Positions 1 through 9,717 of a stretch of DNA of 64,000 nucleotides are shown here, piece by piece. Under the pieces are notes generated by a model. The model was not told the origin of the DNA. It saw only the letters and a list, made by a program, of their open reading frames with translations, and made no database searches. The stretch spans positions 42,458 through 106,457 of the forward strand of contig JAMCRP010000002.1 in the NCBI GenBank assembly GCA_023380635.1, read 5' to 3'. Origin of the DNA: Patescibacteria group bacterium (GTDB lineage Bacteria; Patescibacteriota; Microgenomatia; JAMCZE01). A program made the position numbers and the translations under genes. Every line of letters starts with the position of its first letter. Position 1 is the first letter of the stretch.

Positions 1-1166
1 TCTACTTCTATCTTTTGTCTGTCTTGGGAATTGCCGGGCTGGCAGTCATACTTTGGTTGACGGTTAAAATATTAATCATCACCAAAAATCATTTGTTGAC
101 CACTGATTCTCCTGTTGAGAAGGGGATCCTAGCCAGTCTGCTAATCAGCTTAATTCTTTTTGCCTTCTTTCCGGCACCGGCCGTATTAATCGTCAATTTT
201 TTTGCCGTTTTGGGGCTGTTGGCAGCCAAAATCGGTCAAAAACAAGAGTTAACTCTGGCAGCCGGCCCGGCCAAATTTGCTCCGGCGGCAGTGGCCATAA
301 TTGTGGTTATCTTTACCGGTTGGCACTTGAGCCGGTTTGTTTTGGCGGATTACTACTTTGCTCAGAGTCTGGCGGCGGCGGCGAAGAATCAAGGGACTCA
401 GACATATAACGACCAGATTAAGGCCATAAATTTAAACCCGGCCAACGATATTTATCATTTGTCTTATTCCCAAACTAATCTAGCCTTGGCGGACAGCTTG
501 GCGGGACAGCCAAATTTAACGGATCAGCAAAAGCAGGCTGTCGTTCAGTTGGTCCAGCAGTCGATCCGGGAGGGGAGAGCGGCGGTTACCCTGGCGCCTA
601 ACCGGGCAGCTAACTGGGAAAACCTGGCAGCTATTTACCAGGGGATAATTAATTTTGCTCAGGGAGCGGACCAGTGGAGTTTAACCAGTCTGAACCAGGC
701 TATTGCCCTAGACCCAACTAATCCGCGCATCCGGTTAGATCTGGGGGGACTCTATTTTGCCGGCAAAGACTACGCGACGGCAGCTCAGGTTTTCAATCAG
801 GCTATCAGTTTGAAATCGGATTTAGCCAATGCTCACTACAACCTGGCTGAGTCTCTTAAAAGTTTAAACCTGAAAGACCAGGCGCTTAAAGAACTGCAAC
901 TAACCGCCGGGCTGGTTTGTTCCGCCGGTCAGAAATCGGGGGCCAATACTGATTGCGACAAGGTTAACCAGGAAATTTCTGATCTTAATGCTGATCTGGC
1001 CAAAAATACGGCGACGCCGTCAGCCACCACCACACAGGGAGCTGCGCTGAATCCTGCGGCTCAACCTAAGCTAGCGACCCAATCGGCTCAGGATAAAAAT
1101 CTCCAGAATACCAAAATTACGCCCCCGGTGAAAATTGCTACCCCGTCAGGCAATATCCAGCCATAG
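1..1166 (+). CDS. Membrane protein with C-terminal TPR repeats (O-antigen ligase/polymerase-TPR type), 5' truncated
   Basis: Several TM segments, then TPR-like helices (AINLNP, AIALDP, AHYNLA); frame is open at the window edge. Confidence 0.65.
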   Translation, partial: YFYLLSVLGIAGLAVILWLTVKILIITKNHLLTTDSPVEKGILASLLISLILFAFFPAPAVLIVNFFAVLGLLAAKIGQKQELTLAAGPAKFAPAAVAIIVVIFTGWHLSRFVLADYYFAQSLAAAAKNQGTQTYNDQIKAINLNPANDIYHLSYSQTNLALADSLAGQPNLTDQQKQAVVQLVQQSIREGRAAVTLAPNRAANWENLAAIYQGIINFAQGADQWSLTSLNQAIALDPTNPRIRLDLGGLYFAGKDYATAAQVFNQAISLKSDLANAHYNLAESLKSLNLKDQALKELQLTAGLVCSAGQKSGANTDCDKVNQEISDLNADLAKNTATPSATTTQGAALNPAAQPKLATQSAQDKNLQNTKITPPVKIATPSGNIQP

Positions 1167-1188
1167 TAAACAGCAATTCAGGTTCCAC

Positions 1189-1223
1189 AAAAAAGAGACC
1201 TGTGTTTCAAGGTCTCCTTTTTT
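1189..1223. terminator. Bidirectional intrinsic terminator
   Basis: A-run, GAGACCT-loop-AGGTCTC, T-run between convergent genes. Confidence 0.8.
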
Positions 1224-1236
1224 ACGAAGGCCCGTT

Positions 1237-1566
1237 TTATTGGGCTTTCATCTGCTTAAAGCAATTGTTGCAGTAAATCGGTTTAACGGGTTCGCCGTTT
1301 TCGTTCAGTCTTGGCTGAAACGGAACCTGGCAATCCTGTCCGCAGTTGCTGCATTTTGCGGCGTACATCTGGCGCGGGCCAGCGTTGTAACCACCGCGGA
1401 AATTGCCGCCGCCCATCTGGGCTTTCTTGGCGGCGCGGCAGGCCGGGCAACGCACAGGGGCGTTAGCAAAGCCTTTTTCGGCGTAAAACTTCTGTTCAGA
1501 AGCTGTCCACACGAAAGAATTGCCGCAGTCGCGACAGGTTAGGGTTTGATCTTGGAAATTATCCAT
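1237..1566 (-). CDS. Zinc-ribbon / CxxC-x17-CxxC domain protein
   Basis: LTCRDCG..F..EQKFY..P.RCPACR plus CSNCG..VPFQP..YCNNCF; SD-like GGTGGTG upstream. Confidence 0.85.
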   Translation of the reverse strand: MDNFQDQTLTCRDCGNSFVWTASEQKFYAEKGFANAPVRCPACRAAKKAQMGGGNFRGGYNAGPRQMYAAKCSNCGQDCQVPFQPRLNENGEPVKPIYCNNCFKQMKAQ

Positions 1567-1694
1567 TTAGAGTTTCACCACCTTCCGTTGTTGATTCCAG
1601 TGGTCTCAATCGCGCCTCCACTGGAATTCCAGGAATAGGTCGAAAACGAGGACTGGTAGGTTAATTATGGCATAGAATATAATAGAATGCAAAC

Positions 1695-4319
1695 ATGACT
1701 AAATACGACCCGGCAAAAATTGAAGGGAAATGGCGGGAAGAGTGGGAAAAGACAGGTTTGTATCAGGCAATTGATTTTGATAAAAAGCCCAAATACTACG
1801 CTTTAACCGAATTTCCGTATCCTTCCGGCGAGGGCTTGCACATGGGCCATGTCTTTAGTTATGGCACCCCGGATATCTTTGCCCGCAAGAAGCGGATGGA
1901 AAGGTTTAATGTTCTTTTTCCGATCGGTTGGGATGCCTTTGGATTACCGACGGAAAACTACGCTGTCAAAACCGGGATTCAGCCGGTAGTCGTCACCAAA
2001 AATAACACTGATCGCTTCCGAGAGCAGATGAAATCGCTGGGTCTGTCCTTTGATTGGAGCCGGGAAATTAACACTACCGACCCCAACTATTATAAATGGA
2101 CCCAGTGGATTTTTACTCAGCTGTTTAAAAACGGTCTGGCCTACAAAAGCGAGACGCCGGTGGGGTGGTGCCCGTCATGCAAGATTATTCTGGCCAACGA
2201 GGAAATCGTTAACGGCAAGTGCGAGCGCTGCGGAACTGTTGCTCAGCAGCGAAAGCAGAGTCAATGGGTCCTGCGCATCACCTCCTACGCGGACAGGCTG
2301 GACAAGGAACTGGATCTGGTGGATTACCCGGACATGGTCAAAGCTTCCCAGCGCAACTGGATCGGGAGAAAAGAAGGTGCCAAGATAAGCTTTAAGATAC
2401 AAGATACAAGAAACAAGACACACGAGATAATGATCTTCACCACGCGGCCGGACACCATCTATGGCGCGACTTTTATTGTCTTGGCCCCCGAGCATCCTTT
2501 GGCCATTGAGCTCGCGAAAACCGATCAGAAGATCGCAGACTATATCAAAACGGTTAATCGGGAAGAAGTTAGTCTGGTAAAAACAGGGGTAGAAACAGAA
2601 CTAAAAGCCGTTAATCCGGCCAGCGATAAAGAAATTCCCGTTTGGGTTTCGGACTATGTTTTGGCCGAAGCGGGCACCGGAGCGATCATGGGAGTGCCGG
2701 CTCATGACGAGCGGGACTACGAGTTTGCCGGGAAATTTAATTTACCGATAATCAGGGTTGTAACTGGTCCGGATGGAAGTAACGCTCCAATTAACCAAGT
2801 GTCTGAGGTTTTCACGGGAACCGGGGAGATGATTAATTCAGATGATTATAACGGGCTGGAATCTCCTGTCGCTTTTGAGAAAATTGTGGAAGACTTAAAA
2901 AAGCGCGGTCTGGCGACATTTTCAACCACTTATCATTTGCGTGACTGGATTTTTTCCCGGCAGCATTACTGGGGAGAACCTATCCCCATGGTTTATTGCG
3001 AGAAATGCGCCAAGGGAGGAATTTCCTGGTGGGACACAAAGGAAGGTAAGGCCTTTAAGCCTCTGTTTAACCCTCTCGAGCCGGAGCATTTTGATAGCAG
3101 GGGGGTGCTGGTTAATTTGGCCGGCTGGTTCCCGGTCCCGGAGTCCAAACTGCCGGTGACGCTTCCGGAAGTGGAATACTATCAGCCCACGGATACCGGC
3201 GAATCTCCTCTGGCAAAGATCAAGAATTGGGTTGAAGTAGCTTGCCCTGAGTGTGGAGGACCTGCACGAAGGGAGACGGACACCATGCCCAACTGGGCCG
3301 GTTCCAGCTGGTATTATTTGCGCTTTTCCGACCCGACTGCTAAGACGGAATTGGCTGATCCGAAGAAGCTGAATTATTGGCAGCCGGTCGATGTTTATTT
3401 TGGTGGAGCAGAGCACAATACCTTACACTTGCTGTATTCCCGGTTCTGGCACAAATTTCTTAATGACCTAGGGAGAGTTCCGGGAAAAGAACCCTACAAA
3501 GCTCGCCGCCAGCATGGGCTTATCCTGGCCGAGGATGGAACGAAGATGAGTAAATCCAAAGGAAATGTGATCAATCCCGATCAAATGGTTTCAAAGTATG
3601 GCGCAGATGCGGTGCGCACCTTTCTGTCTTTTGTCGGACCCTACGACCAAACCTTGCCCTGGAGCACGGCCGGGGTCGAAGGTGTCCGGCGCTTCCTGAA
3701 TAGGGTCTGGACCATCTATCAAAACGACCAAAAGATTGCTAATTCGAGCTCACCGGAACTTATTGCCAAACTTAACTGGGCGATTAAGCGGACAGGCGAG
3801 GGGATTGATAACCTGAAGCAGAATACGGGAGTAGCGGCCTTGATGGAGTTTCTTAATCTTTGGGAAAAGACAGGAGCTTTAAGCCGAGAGGACGCCGGGA
3901 AATTCCTGCGGCTCCTGGCTCCTTTCGCTCCGTTTTTGGCGGAAGAGCTCTGGCAAAGATATGTTGCGGGTCCTGTCCCGCTTTATCCCTCCCGCCAGTG
4001 CTCGCCCGAAGAGCTGCGCGCTGTCGGGAGCCCTTCCAAGCGTGCCACCCGCATAAAGAAAATAAAATCTATACATCTCGAGCCTTGGCCTGAGGTCGAA
4101 GAAGGCGGCCTAGAGGAAAAAGAAGCGACGATCGCCATCTCAATTAACGGCAAAACCCGGGCAACTTTGCAAATTAGCGCTCCACAGGCTCAAGCGTTAG
4201 ATGAAGCACGGGTTGTCGCCATGGCCAAATCGGTCGAAAAGATCGCAGAATACCTAAAAGGTAAGAGCATTAAGAGGACCGTGTATGTCCCCGGCAAAAT
4301 TTTAAACTTCGTCGTCTAA
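1695..4319 (+). CDS. leuS: Leucine--tRNA ligase
   Basis: FPYPSG.GLHMGH, GWDAFGLP, TTRPDT editing domain, KMSKS. Confidence 0.98.
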   Translation: MTKYDPAKIEGKWREEWEKTGLYQAIDFDKKPKYYALTEFPYPSGEGLHMGHVFSYGTPDIFARKKRMERFNVLFPIGWDAFGLPTENYAVKTGIQPVVVTKNNTDRFREQMKSLGLSFDWSREINTTDPNYYKWTQWIFTQLFKNGLAYKSETPVGWCPSCKIILANEEIVNGKCERCGTVAQQRKQSQWVLRITSYADRLDKELDLVDYPDMVKASQRNWIGRKEGAKISFKIQDTRNKTHEIMIFTTRPDTIYGATFIVLAPEHPLAIELAKTDQKIADYIKTVNREEVSLVKTGVETELKAVNPASDKEIPVWVSDYVLAEAGTGAIMGVPAHDERDYEFAGKFNLPIIRVVTGPDGSNAPINQVSEVFTGTGEMINSDDYNGLESPVAFEKIVEDLKKRGLATFSTTYHLRDWIFSRQHYWGEPIPMVYCEKCAKGGISWWDTKEGKAFKPLFNPLEPEHFDSRGVLVNLAGWFPVPESKLPVTLPEVEYYQPTDTGESPLAKIKNWVEVACPECGGPARRETDTMPNWAGSSWYYLRFSDPTAKTELADPKKLNYWQPVDVYFGGAEHNTLHLLYSRFWHKFLNDLGRVPGKEPYKARRQHGLILAEDGTKMSKSKGNVINPDQMVSKYGADAVRTFLSFVGPYDQTLPWSTAGVEGVRRFLNRVWTIYQNDQKIANSSSPELIAKLNWAIKRTGEGIDNLKQNTGVAALMEFLNLWEKTGALSREDAGKFLRLLAPFAPFLAEELWQRYVAGPVPLYPSRQCSPEELRAVGSPSKRATRIKKIKSIHLEPWPEVEEGGLEEKEATIAISINGKTRATLQISAPQAQALDEARVVAMAKSVEKIAEYLKGKSIKRTVYVPGKILNFVV
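2394..2428 (+). repeat. In-frame 7-nt tandem repeat in leuS
   Basis: AAGATAC AAGATAC AAGAAAC AAGACAC ACGAGAT. Confidence 0.8.
3965..4053 (+). repeat. GC-rich nested palindromic in-frame insertion in leuS
   Basis: TGCGGGT/ACCCGCA, CGCTT/AAGCG, CTCCCGCCAG/CTGTCGGGAG and GCTC/GAGC stems; about 30 extra aa between AEELWQ and SIH..PWP. Confidence 0.7.
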
Positions 4320-4723
4320 AGTCGGAGTTACCTCGGAGTAATTACTATCACCAAAAGCGTCTGAGCAGGAATAATCACATTTAGCGACGCCAGGCAGGAA
4401 TAGAGATCCGCGAAAAGAGGTCCCGAGAAGCCTGAGCAAAACCAATCAAAATGCATCAATAGTTAGCTTCACGGATGGTTTCACAAAATAGAGCGGAGTA
4501 GGCAGGGAATTTTTCACGGATAGCGGGATAGAACATGGGGCATAGTACTATTATGGTGCGCCGAATGGTGCGAAAACCCAAGCAATTAACGCAAAGTAAT
4601 CGAGCGTATTTCCGCAAGATTACTGATGGCGAAAACAGGGCGAATAACCCTATCCAACCAGAACAATACCGATCAACGAAAGATTTTTAGGTCGGAGAGA
4701 TAAAAGTGTGCTACATTAGTCTT

Positions 4724-5962
4724 ATGACCCGTTTTTATTTCCTGCTTTTGGGTCTTCTCCTTTTGCGGCTGGGTCTGTTCTTTACAGTTACGAGGTCACA
4801 GCAGACTTTACCGGTAGGAACCAAAGTCAGGCTTATAGGAATGCTGGAAGCCGAGCCGAAGGTGTCGGGGAGCCAGGCTAAGTATAGTCTCGGTGGTTAC
4901 ACAATCTTGACAGCGAAGGAGCCGGAAGTGCATTTCGGCGACCAGGTTGAACTTATCGGCAAAGTTGGCAACCAGGGCAGACTTTATTATCCGGAGGTCA
5001 AAATAGTTACTCCCGGCGCGACCGGTTTTTGGTGGAAGATAGCCGCTCAGATCCGTTCAAAAGTCATCAGAATATATCAACAAACCATGCCAAAAGCGGA
5101 AGCAGACCTGTTATCCGGCATTGTCCTGGGCAGTCAGTCACTGGACCGCAGCTTTAAGGCCAAACTGGCTCTGGTCGGGTTAACCCATGTGGTTGCTGCC
5201 TCAGGAATGAATGTCAGCTTCTTTTCGGTTGCCGTTTCCGGCCTGCTAAGCGGGATTTGTCCGGGAAAGAAGCTTAAGTTTCTACTTTCAGAGGTCTTTA
5301 TTCTTTTTTATACCACAATGACCGGGTTTGAACCGCCGATAGTGCGCGCGGCGCTTATGGCCGCCTTTTCTCATGTTCAGATTTTGACCGGGCGGAGTTC
5401 GAGCTCATTTGCCGGTTTGGGCGTAGCCGCCTTTCTAATGTTATGGGCCAGCCCGGATCTGGTTGTCAATCCGAGTTTTTTGCTCTCATTTTCCGCCATG
5501 ACGGGCCAGATTTGCCTTAGCAGCCTCAGGCTCAACCTGCCAAAAATTGCCGCTTCAATTACATCTGTAATTCTCCAGAGTTTAGCGGCCCTGGTGGCTA
5601 CTTTCCCTATAGTTTTAATCTTTTTTGCCAATTTTTCACTGATCGCTCTTTTCACAAACGCCGTGGTGCTTTGGACAATTGAGCCGCTAATGGTCCTCGG
5701 AACTGCCATTGCCACGCTCGGAATTTTTTTCATGCCGATTTCACAAGCGTTAGGCGTGCCTGCCCAGGGTCTGCTGGATTTTTTCCTTTGGGTCGTCAAC
5801 ACTTTCGGTCAGTCAGACCTGACCCAGCGGCTGCAGATAAGTTACACCTTCCAAGATAATCTCTCCGCCTTCTTCTTTGCCGCTGGATATTATACTTTAC
5901 TCGTAGGGGGTATTTGGTTCTGGCGCCAGAGAAGGGTACTCACTATAATAAAAATGAAATGA
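4724..5962 (+). CDS. comEC: ComEC/Rec2 family competence membrane protein (no beta-lactamase domain)
   Basis: GLTHVVAASGMN, PPIVRAALM, SFLLSF motifs; start moved to ATG 4724. Confidence 0.85.
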   Translation: MTRFYFLLLGLLLLRLGLFFTVTRSQQTLPVGTKVRLIGMLEAEPKVSGSQAKYSLGGYTILTAKEPEVHFGDQVELIGKVGNQGRLYYPEVKIVTPGATGFWWKIAAQIRSKVIRIYQQTMPKAEADLLSGIVLGSQSLDRSFKAKLALVGLTHVVAASGMNVSFFSVAVSGLLSGICPGKKLKFLLSEVFILFYTTMTGFEPPIVRAALMAAFSHVQILTGRSSSSFAGLGVAAFLMLWASPDLVVNPSFLLSFSAMTGQICLSSLRLNLPKIAASITSVILQSLAALVATFPIVLIFFANFSLIALFTNAVVLWTIEPLMVLGTAIATLGIFFMPISQALGVPAQGLLDFFLWVVNTFGQSDLTQRLQISYTFQDNLSAFFFAAGYYTLLVGGIWFWRQRRVLTIIKMK

Positions 5963-7650
5963 TTACTCTCGACATAAGAAAAAAGATCCTTCAAGCTGCT
6001 AAGCAAGCATTTCCCCAAACAGAGATTAATGAGGAAGATATTAATCTCGAACATCCGGGACTGGATGAACATGGGGACTACAGCACCAATATTGCCCTGA
6101 GGCTGGGTAAGCAAGTCGGCATGAAACCGGTGGAAGTGGCAAAAAGAATTGTCCAGACCTTGTCAGACGCTGACAGGCTCTGGCAGAAAGTGGAGATTGC
6201 CGGGCCGGGATTTATTAACTTCACTCTATCTACCGCTACTCTTGTCGATCAAATGGAACAAGCGCTAAAGGGCGGCGAGCGCTACGGGAGTTCAGAGCAT
6301 GGGCAGGGGCTAACCATGGTAATAGACTATTCCGCTCCTAACATTGCCAAGCGGTTTGGGATCGGCCATCTGCGCTCTACAATCATTGGCCATGCCCTCT
6401 ATAACCTCTACCAATTCCAGGGCTACAAAACCATCGGCGACAACCATCTGGGCGACTGGGGGACACAGTTTGGCAAGATTTTATACATGATTGAAACGGA
6501 GAAGCCGAAAGAGCTAACAGTGGATAAACTAGAAGAACTGTATGTTAAGTTCCATCAACTAGCGGAAGCTGATCCGAAGCTGGAAGAAAAAGGGCGCGAG
6601 TGGTTTAAAAAGTTGGAAGATGGAGAGCCGAAGGCCAGAGAGTTATGGAAAAAATGCGTCGAAGTTTCCATGGCGGAATTTAACCGGATTTATGCTCTGC
6701 TCGGCGTCAAAATTGACTATGCCTACGGCGAAAGCTTTTACGAAAAAGAGATGCCGGGAGTCATTGCTGACGCCAAGGCTAAAGGATTGGCCAAACAAAG
6801 CGACGGGGCTACTATAATCGAAATTCCCGGACTGAAGGCGCCGTTGCTTCTGGTGAAAAGCGACGGAACCACTACCTACGCTACCAGAGACCTGGCGACC
6901 CTAAAATTCCGCAAAGAGACCTGGAACCCGGACCTAGTGATTTATGAAGTTGGGGCCGAGCAGGCGCTCCATTTTCAGCAGGTCTTTGTCGCGGCAAAAA
7001 TGTTGGGCTACCTTAAACCCGGTGAAGAGCTGAGGCACACCAAACACGGCTTGTACCGGTTGCCTTCCGGAAAATTTAGTACCCGCAAAGGCAACACTCC
7101 CAAGCTCGAAGAAATTTTAGACGAAGCGATCGACCGGGCGAAAAAACTGGGCAGCCAGGATCAAAAAACGGCCGAAGCCGTCGGTATCGGAGCAATAAAG
7201 TATTTTGACCTGATGCATAGTGTCCAAAGTGATATTATTTTTGATTGGGAAAAAATGTTTAATCTGCAAGGCGACTCGGGGCCATACCTTCAATACTCCT
7301 ACGCACGGGCAAGAAGCGTGCTGCGCAAAGCCGGACTACAGACTACGGACTACCGACTACAGAAAAATAATAAAACTGTAGACAGTAGTCAGTGGTCAGT
7401 AGTCAATGAAGAGCTGGCTGTTTTGCGCTACCTTTATCGTTTTCCCGAGGTGGTGGAGGCGGCGGCGCGAAGCTACAGTCCGAACCTGGTGGCCGGGTAT
7501 CTGTTTGAACTGGCCAAGCGCTACAATAATTTTTACAACAGCCAACCAATAATTGGTAATGACTTCAGGCTAGCCTTGACCGCGGCCACCGCCATTGTCC
7601 TCAAAAACGGCCTGAATTTATTGGGGATCGAGGTGCTTGACAAAATGTAA
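5959..7650 (+). CDS. argS: Arginine--tRNA ligase
   Basis: HGDYSTN, DYSAPNIAK..IGHLRS, GDWGTQFG, KFSTRKG, GPYLQY; ATGA overlap with the comEC stop. Confidence 0.97.
   Translation: MITLDIRKKILQAAKQAFPQTEINEEDINLEHPGLDEHGDYSTNIALRLGKQVGMKPVEVAKRIVQTLSDADRLWQKVEIAGPGFINFTLSTATLVDQMEQALKGGERYGSSEHGQGLTMVIDYSAPNIAKRFGIGHLRSTIIGHALYNLYQFQGYKTIGDNHLGDWGTQFGKILYMIETEKPKELTVDKLEELYVKFHQLAEADPKLEEKGREWFKKLEDGEPKARELWKKCVEVSMAEFNRIYALLGVKIDYAYGESFYEKEMPGVIADAKAKGLAKQSDGATIIEIPGLKAPLLLVKSDGTTTYATRDLATLKFRKETWNPDLVIYEVGAEQALHFQQVFVAAKMLGYLKPGEELRHTKHGLYRLPSGKFSTRKGNTPKLEEILDEAIDRAKKLGSQDQKTAEAVGIGAIKYFDLMHSVQSDIIFDWEKMFNLQGDSGPYLQYSYARARSVLRKAGLQTTDYRLQKNNKTVDSSQWSVVNEELAVLRYLYRFPEVVEAAARSYSPNLVAGYLFELAKRYNNFYNSQPIIGNDFRLALTAATAIVLKNGLNLLGIEVLDKM
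7334..7404 (+). repeat. In-frame 7-nt-period inverted-repeat hairpin in argS
   Basis: (GACTACN)x4, A-rich loop, then CTGTAGA CAGTAGT CAGTGGT CAGTAGT C. Confidence 0.9.
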
Positions 7651-7675
7651 ATATAAGCCCTAATATTTAAGGCGT

Positions 7676-8002
7676 ATGAATGAACCAAAGGCTGATTCCA
7701 ACTTGAAACCCGGTGAACATCCCTTGCCTGACCTTAAAGCGGAATATCTGAGGATGACCAGAAAACAGACCGGGAGTGAGCCTTGGACGGAGGATGATGC
7801 CAAGTATCTTAATAATTTGAGAGCGGCGATGGAAACACCAACGGCCACTAGTCTTACCCCCCAAGAGCAGAGTGCGCTGAACCGACAAGGGGGAGCTTCC
7901 TTGGACAAGAATGTGGTCTGGAGTAAGGAAGATTTAGCGGCTGCGGGCCGGGCACACGATAAGCTAAACCAAGAGAAAAAAATAAGCCTCAAAGCTTCTT
8001 AG
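7676..8002 (+). CDS. Hypothetical protein
   Basis: 108-aa ORF filling the gap; TTGACA promoter-like site upstream. Confidence 0.55.
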   Translation: MNEPKADSNLKPGEHPLPDLKAEYLRMTRKQTGSEPWTEDDAKYLNNLRAAMETPTATSLTPQEQSALNRQGGASLDKNVVWSKEDLAAAGRAHDKLNQEKKISLKAS

Positions 8003-8004
8003 TC

Positions 8005-8034
8005 TTGACATACGAGCCTATAGTCTGCTAAGAT
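8005..8034 (+). promoter_or_regulatory. Sigma70-type promoter, probably leaderless
   Basis: TTGACA-18-TAAGAT-6-ATG(8041). Confidence 0.7.
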
Positions 8035-8040
8035 ACTGGT

Positions 8041-8346
8041 ATGAATTCTTTCAAAAATCACGAACTAATTCGTCTCTATCCTGACGCAATTTCAGTCCGG
8101 AAGGTTTCCGGTTTAAAAATGTTTTTTCGGGAACACCGGGAAGCAATTGGAAATACGGCGTTGGCAGGTTGCTTAATCTTAGGCTTCCTGGCCGGAGAAG
8201 GAATGTTGCATGTGAGTGTCGAAAACAACGCCCTTTTAACCGGTTTTCCGGAACTTAAGACACTGGCGCCGATTGTTCTTGGCTTAATGGCAGGAGCATT
8301 TACCGGCGGATCGATCCGTCAGGCTATTATTAAAAAAGATTCTTAA
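8041..8346 (+). CDS. Hypothetical membrane protein (2 TM)
   Basis: Two hydrophobic segments; own promoter. Confidence 0.6.
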   Translation: MNSFKNHELIRLYPDAISVRKVSGLKMFFREHREAIGNTALAGCLILGFLAGEGMLHVSVENNALLTGFPELKTLAPIVLGLMAGAFTGGSIRQAIIKKDS

Positions 8347-8415
8347 AAGTAATAACTGCGTAACAACTTCGTTATCAGGATTGTAATTCTCATAAATGGC
8401 CGTTAAAATGGCGGC

Positions 8416-9675
8416 ATGTACTCCAAAACGGTACTTCCGACGGGACTTCGCTTAGTCTCTATTCCCATGCCCGCGGTCAAAACGGCCACGGCTTTAATTA
8501 TGGTCGAAGCCGGGAGCCGCTACGAAACGGCCCGAATCAACGGCATTTCCCATTTTCTGGAACACATGATTTTTAAGGGGACGAAAAACCGGCCCAACTC
8601 TTTGGCTATTAGCTCTCTGATTGACGGCATCGGCGGTTCGTTTAATGCTTTCACTTCCAAGGAATACACCGGTTTTTATGTGAAGGCGGAAAGCGCCCAT
8701 CTGCCGCTGGTTCTTGATGTCCTGTCAGATATGCTCCTGAACTCTTTATATAATCCTGAAGAACTGAACCGGGAACGGGGTGTCATTATTGAAGAAATAA
8801 ACATGTACGAAGACCAGCCCCAGGCTCGGGTCGGGGAATATTTTGAGGAGTTGCTTTATGACAACCATCCGCTGGCCCGCCAGGTGGTCGGAACCAAGGA
8901 AGTTATCGAAAAAGTGAGCCGGCAAGACATGGTGGATTATGTCAAAAAGATGTACCACAGCAAGGCGATTGTTGTGGGACTGGCAGGAGATATTGCTTCA
9001 AGTTCCAAACTGGCAGAGAAGTACTTTGACAATGTCCCGAAAGGAAATGAGAACGAATACCTGGCCGTGGAAGAAAACCAGACGAAGCCGGGCAGTCTAG
9101 TACATTACAAAAAAACTGACCAGGCGCATATGTGCGTGGGAGTGCGCGCATACGACATGAACCACCCGGACCGGTATGTGGTCGAAGTGCTGGCGACAAT
9201 TTTAGGCGGAAACATGAGCAGCCGAATGTTTATTGAAGTCCGGGAAAAACGAGGTTTGGCCTATTATGTCCACACGGATAACGAAGAATTTCATGATGCC
9301 GGGTACCTTATGACCCAGGCGGGAATCAGATTAAACAATGTCGACGAGGCGGTAAAAGTGATACTGGAGCAATATGGGAAGATCAGGGACATTAAAGTTA
9401 AAGAAGAAGAATTAAAAAGGGCGAAAGACTACGCGAAAGGCAAAATGGCTCTGGCTTTGGAGGATTCCTTCCGGGTGGCCAGCTTCTATACTTCCCAGGA
9501 ACTCCTGCGCAAGGAAATTGAAACGCCGGAAGAGGTTTTAAAAAAGATCGAAGCGGTGACGGCAGAAGACATTCAAAGGGTCGCAAAAGATATCTTTGTG
9601 AATCAAAAACTGAACCTGGCTATAATTGGACCTTTTGAAGACTCCAAACGCTTCGATTTGCTCTTGAAACTCTAA
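8416..9675 (+). CDS. M16 family (pitrilysin-like) zinc peptidase
   Basis: GISHFLEHMIFKGT inverted HxxEH, NAFTSKE, REKRGLAY. Confidence 0.95.
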   Translation: MYSKTVLPTGLRLVSIPMPAVKTATALIMVEAGSRYETARINGISHFLEHMIFKGTKNRPNSLAISSLIDGIGGSFNAFTSKEYTGFYVKAESAHLPLVLDVLSDMLLNSLYNPEELNRERGVIIEEINMYEDQPQARVGEYFEELLYDNHPLARQVVGTKEVIEKVSRQDMVDYVKKMYHSKAIVVGLAGDIASSSKLAEKYFDNVPKGNENEYLAVEENQTKPGSLVHYKKTDQAHMCVGVRAYDMNHPDRYVVEVLATILGGNMSSRMFIEVREKRGLAYYVHTDNEEFHDAGYLMTQAGIRLNNVDEAVKVILEQYGKIRDIKVKEEELKRAKDYAKGKMALALEDSFRVASFYTSQELLRKEIETPEEVLKKIEAVTAEDIQRVAKDIFVNQKLNLAIIGPFEDSKRFDLLLKL

Positions 9676-9711
9676 CTTAAGTATCTTAAGATACTTAAGT
9701 TACTTAAGATT
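9676..9711. repeat. 9-nt-period CTTAAGnnn tandem repeat (4 units)
   Basis: CTTAAGTAT CTTAAGATA CTTAAGTTA CTTAAGATT. Confidence 0.9.
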
Positions 9712-9717
9712 CGTAAG

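Noticed and set aside
4400-4545. TGA recoding (genetic code 25) suggested by in-frame TGAs on the minus strand
   Set aside because: Long genes contain no internal TGA, and TGA ends comEC, galT and others normally
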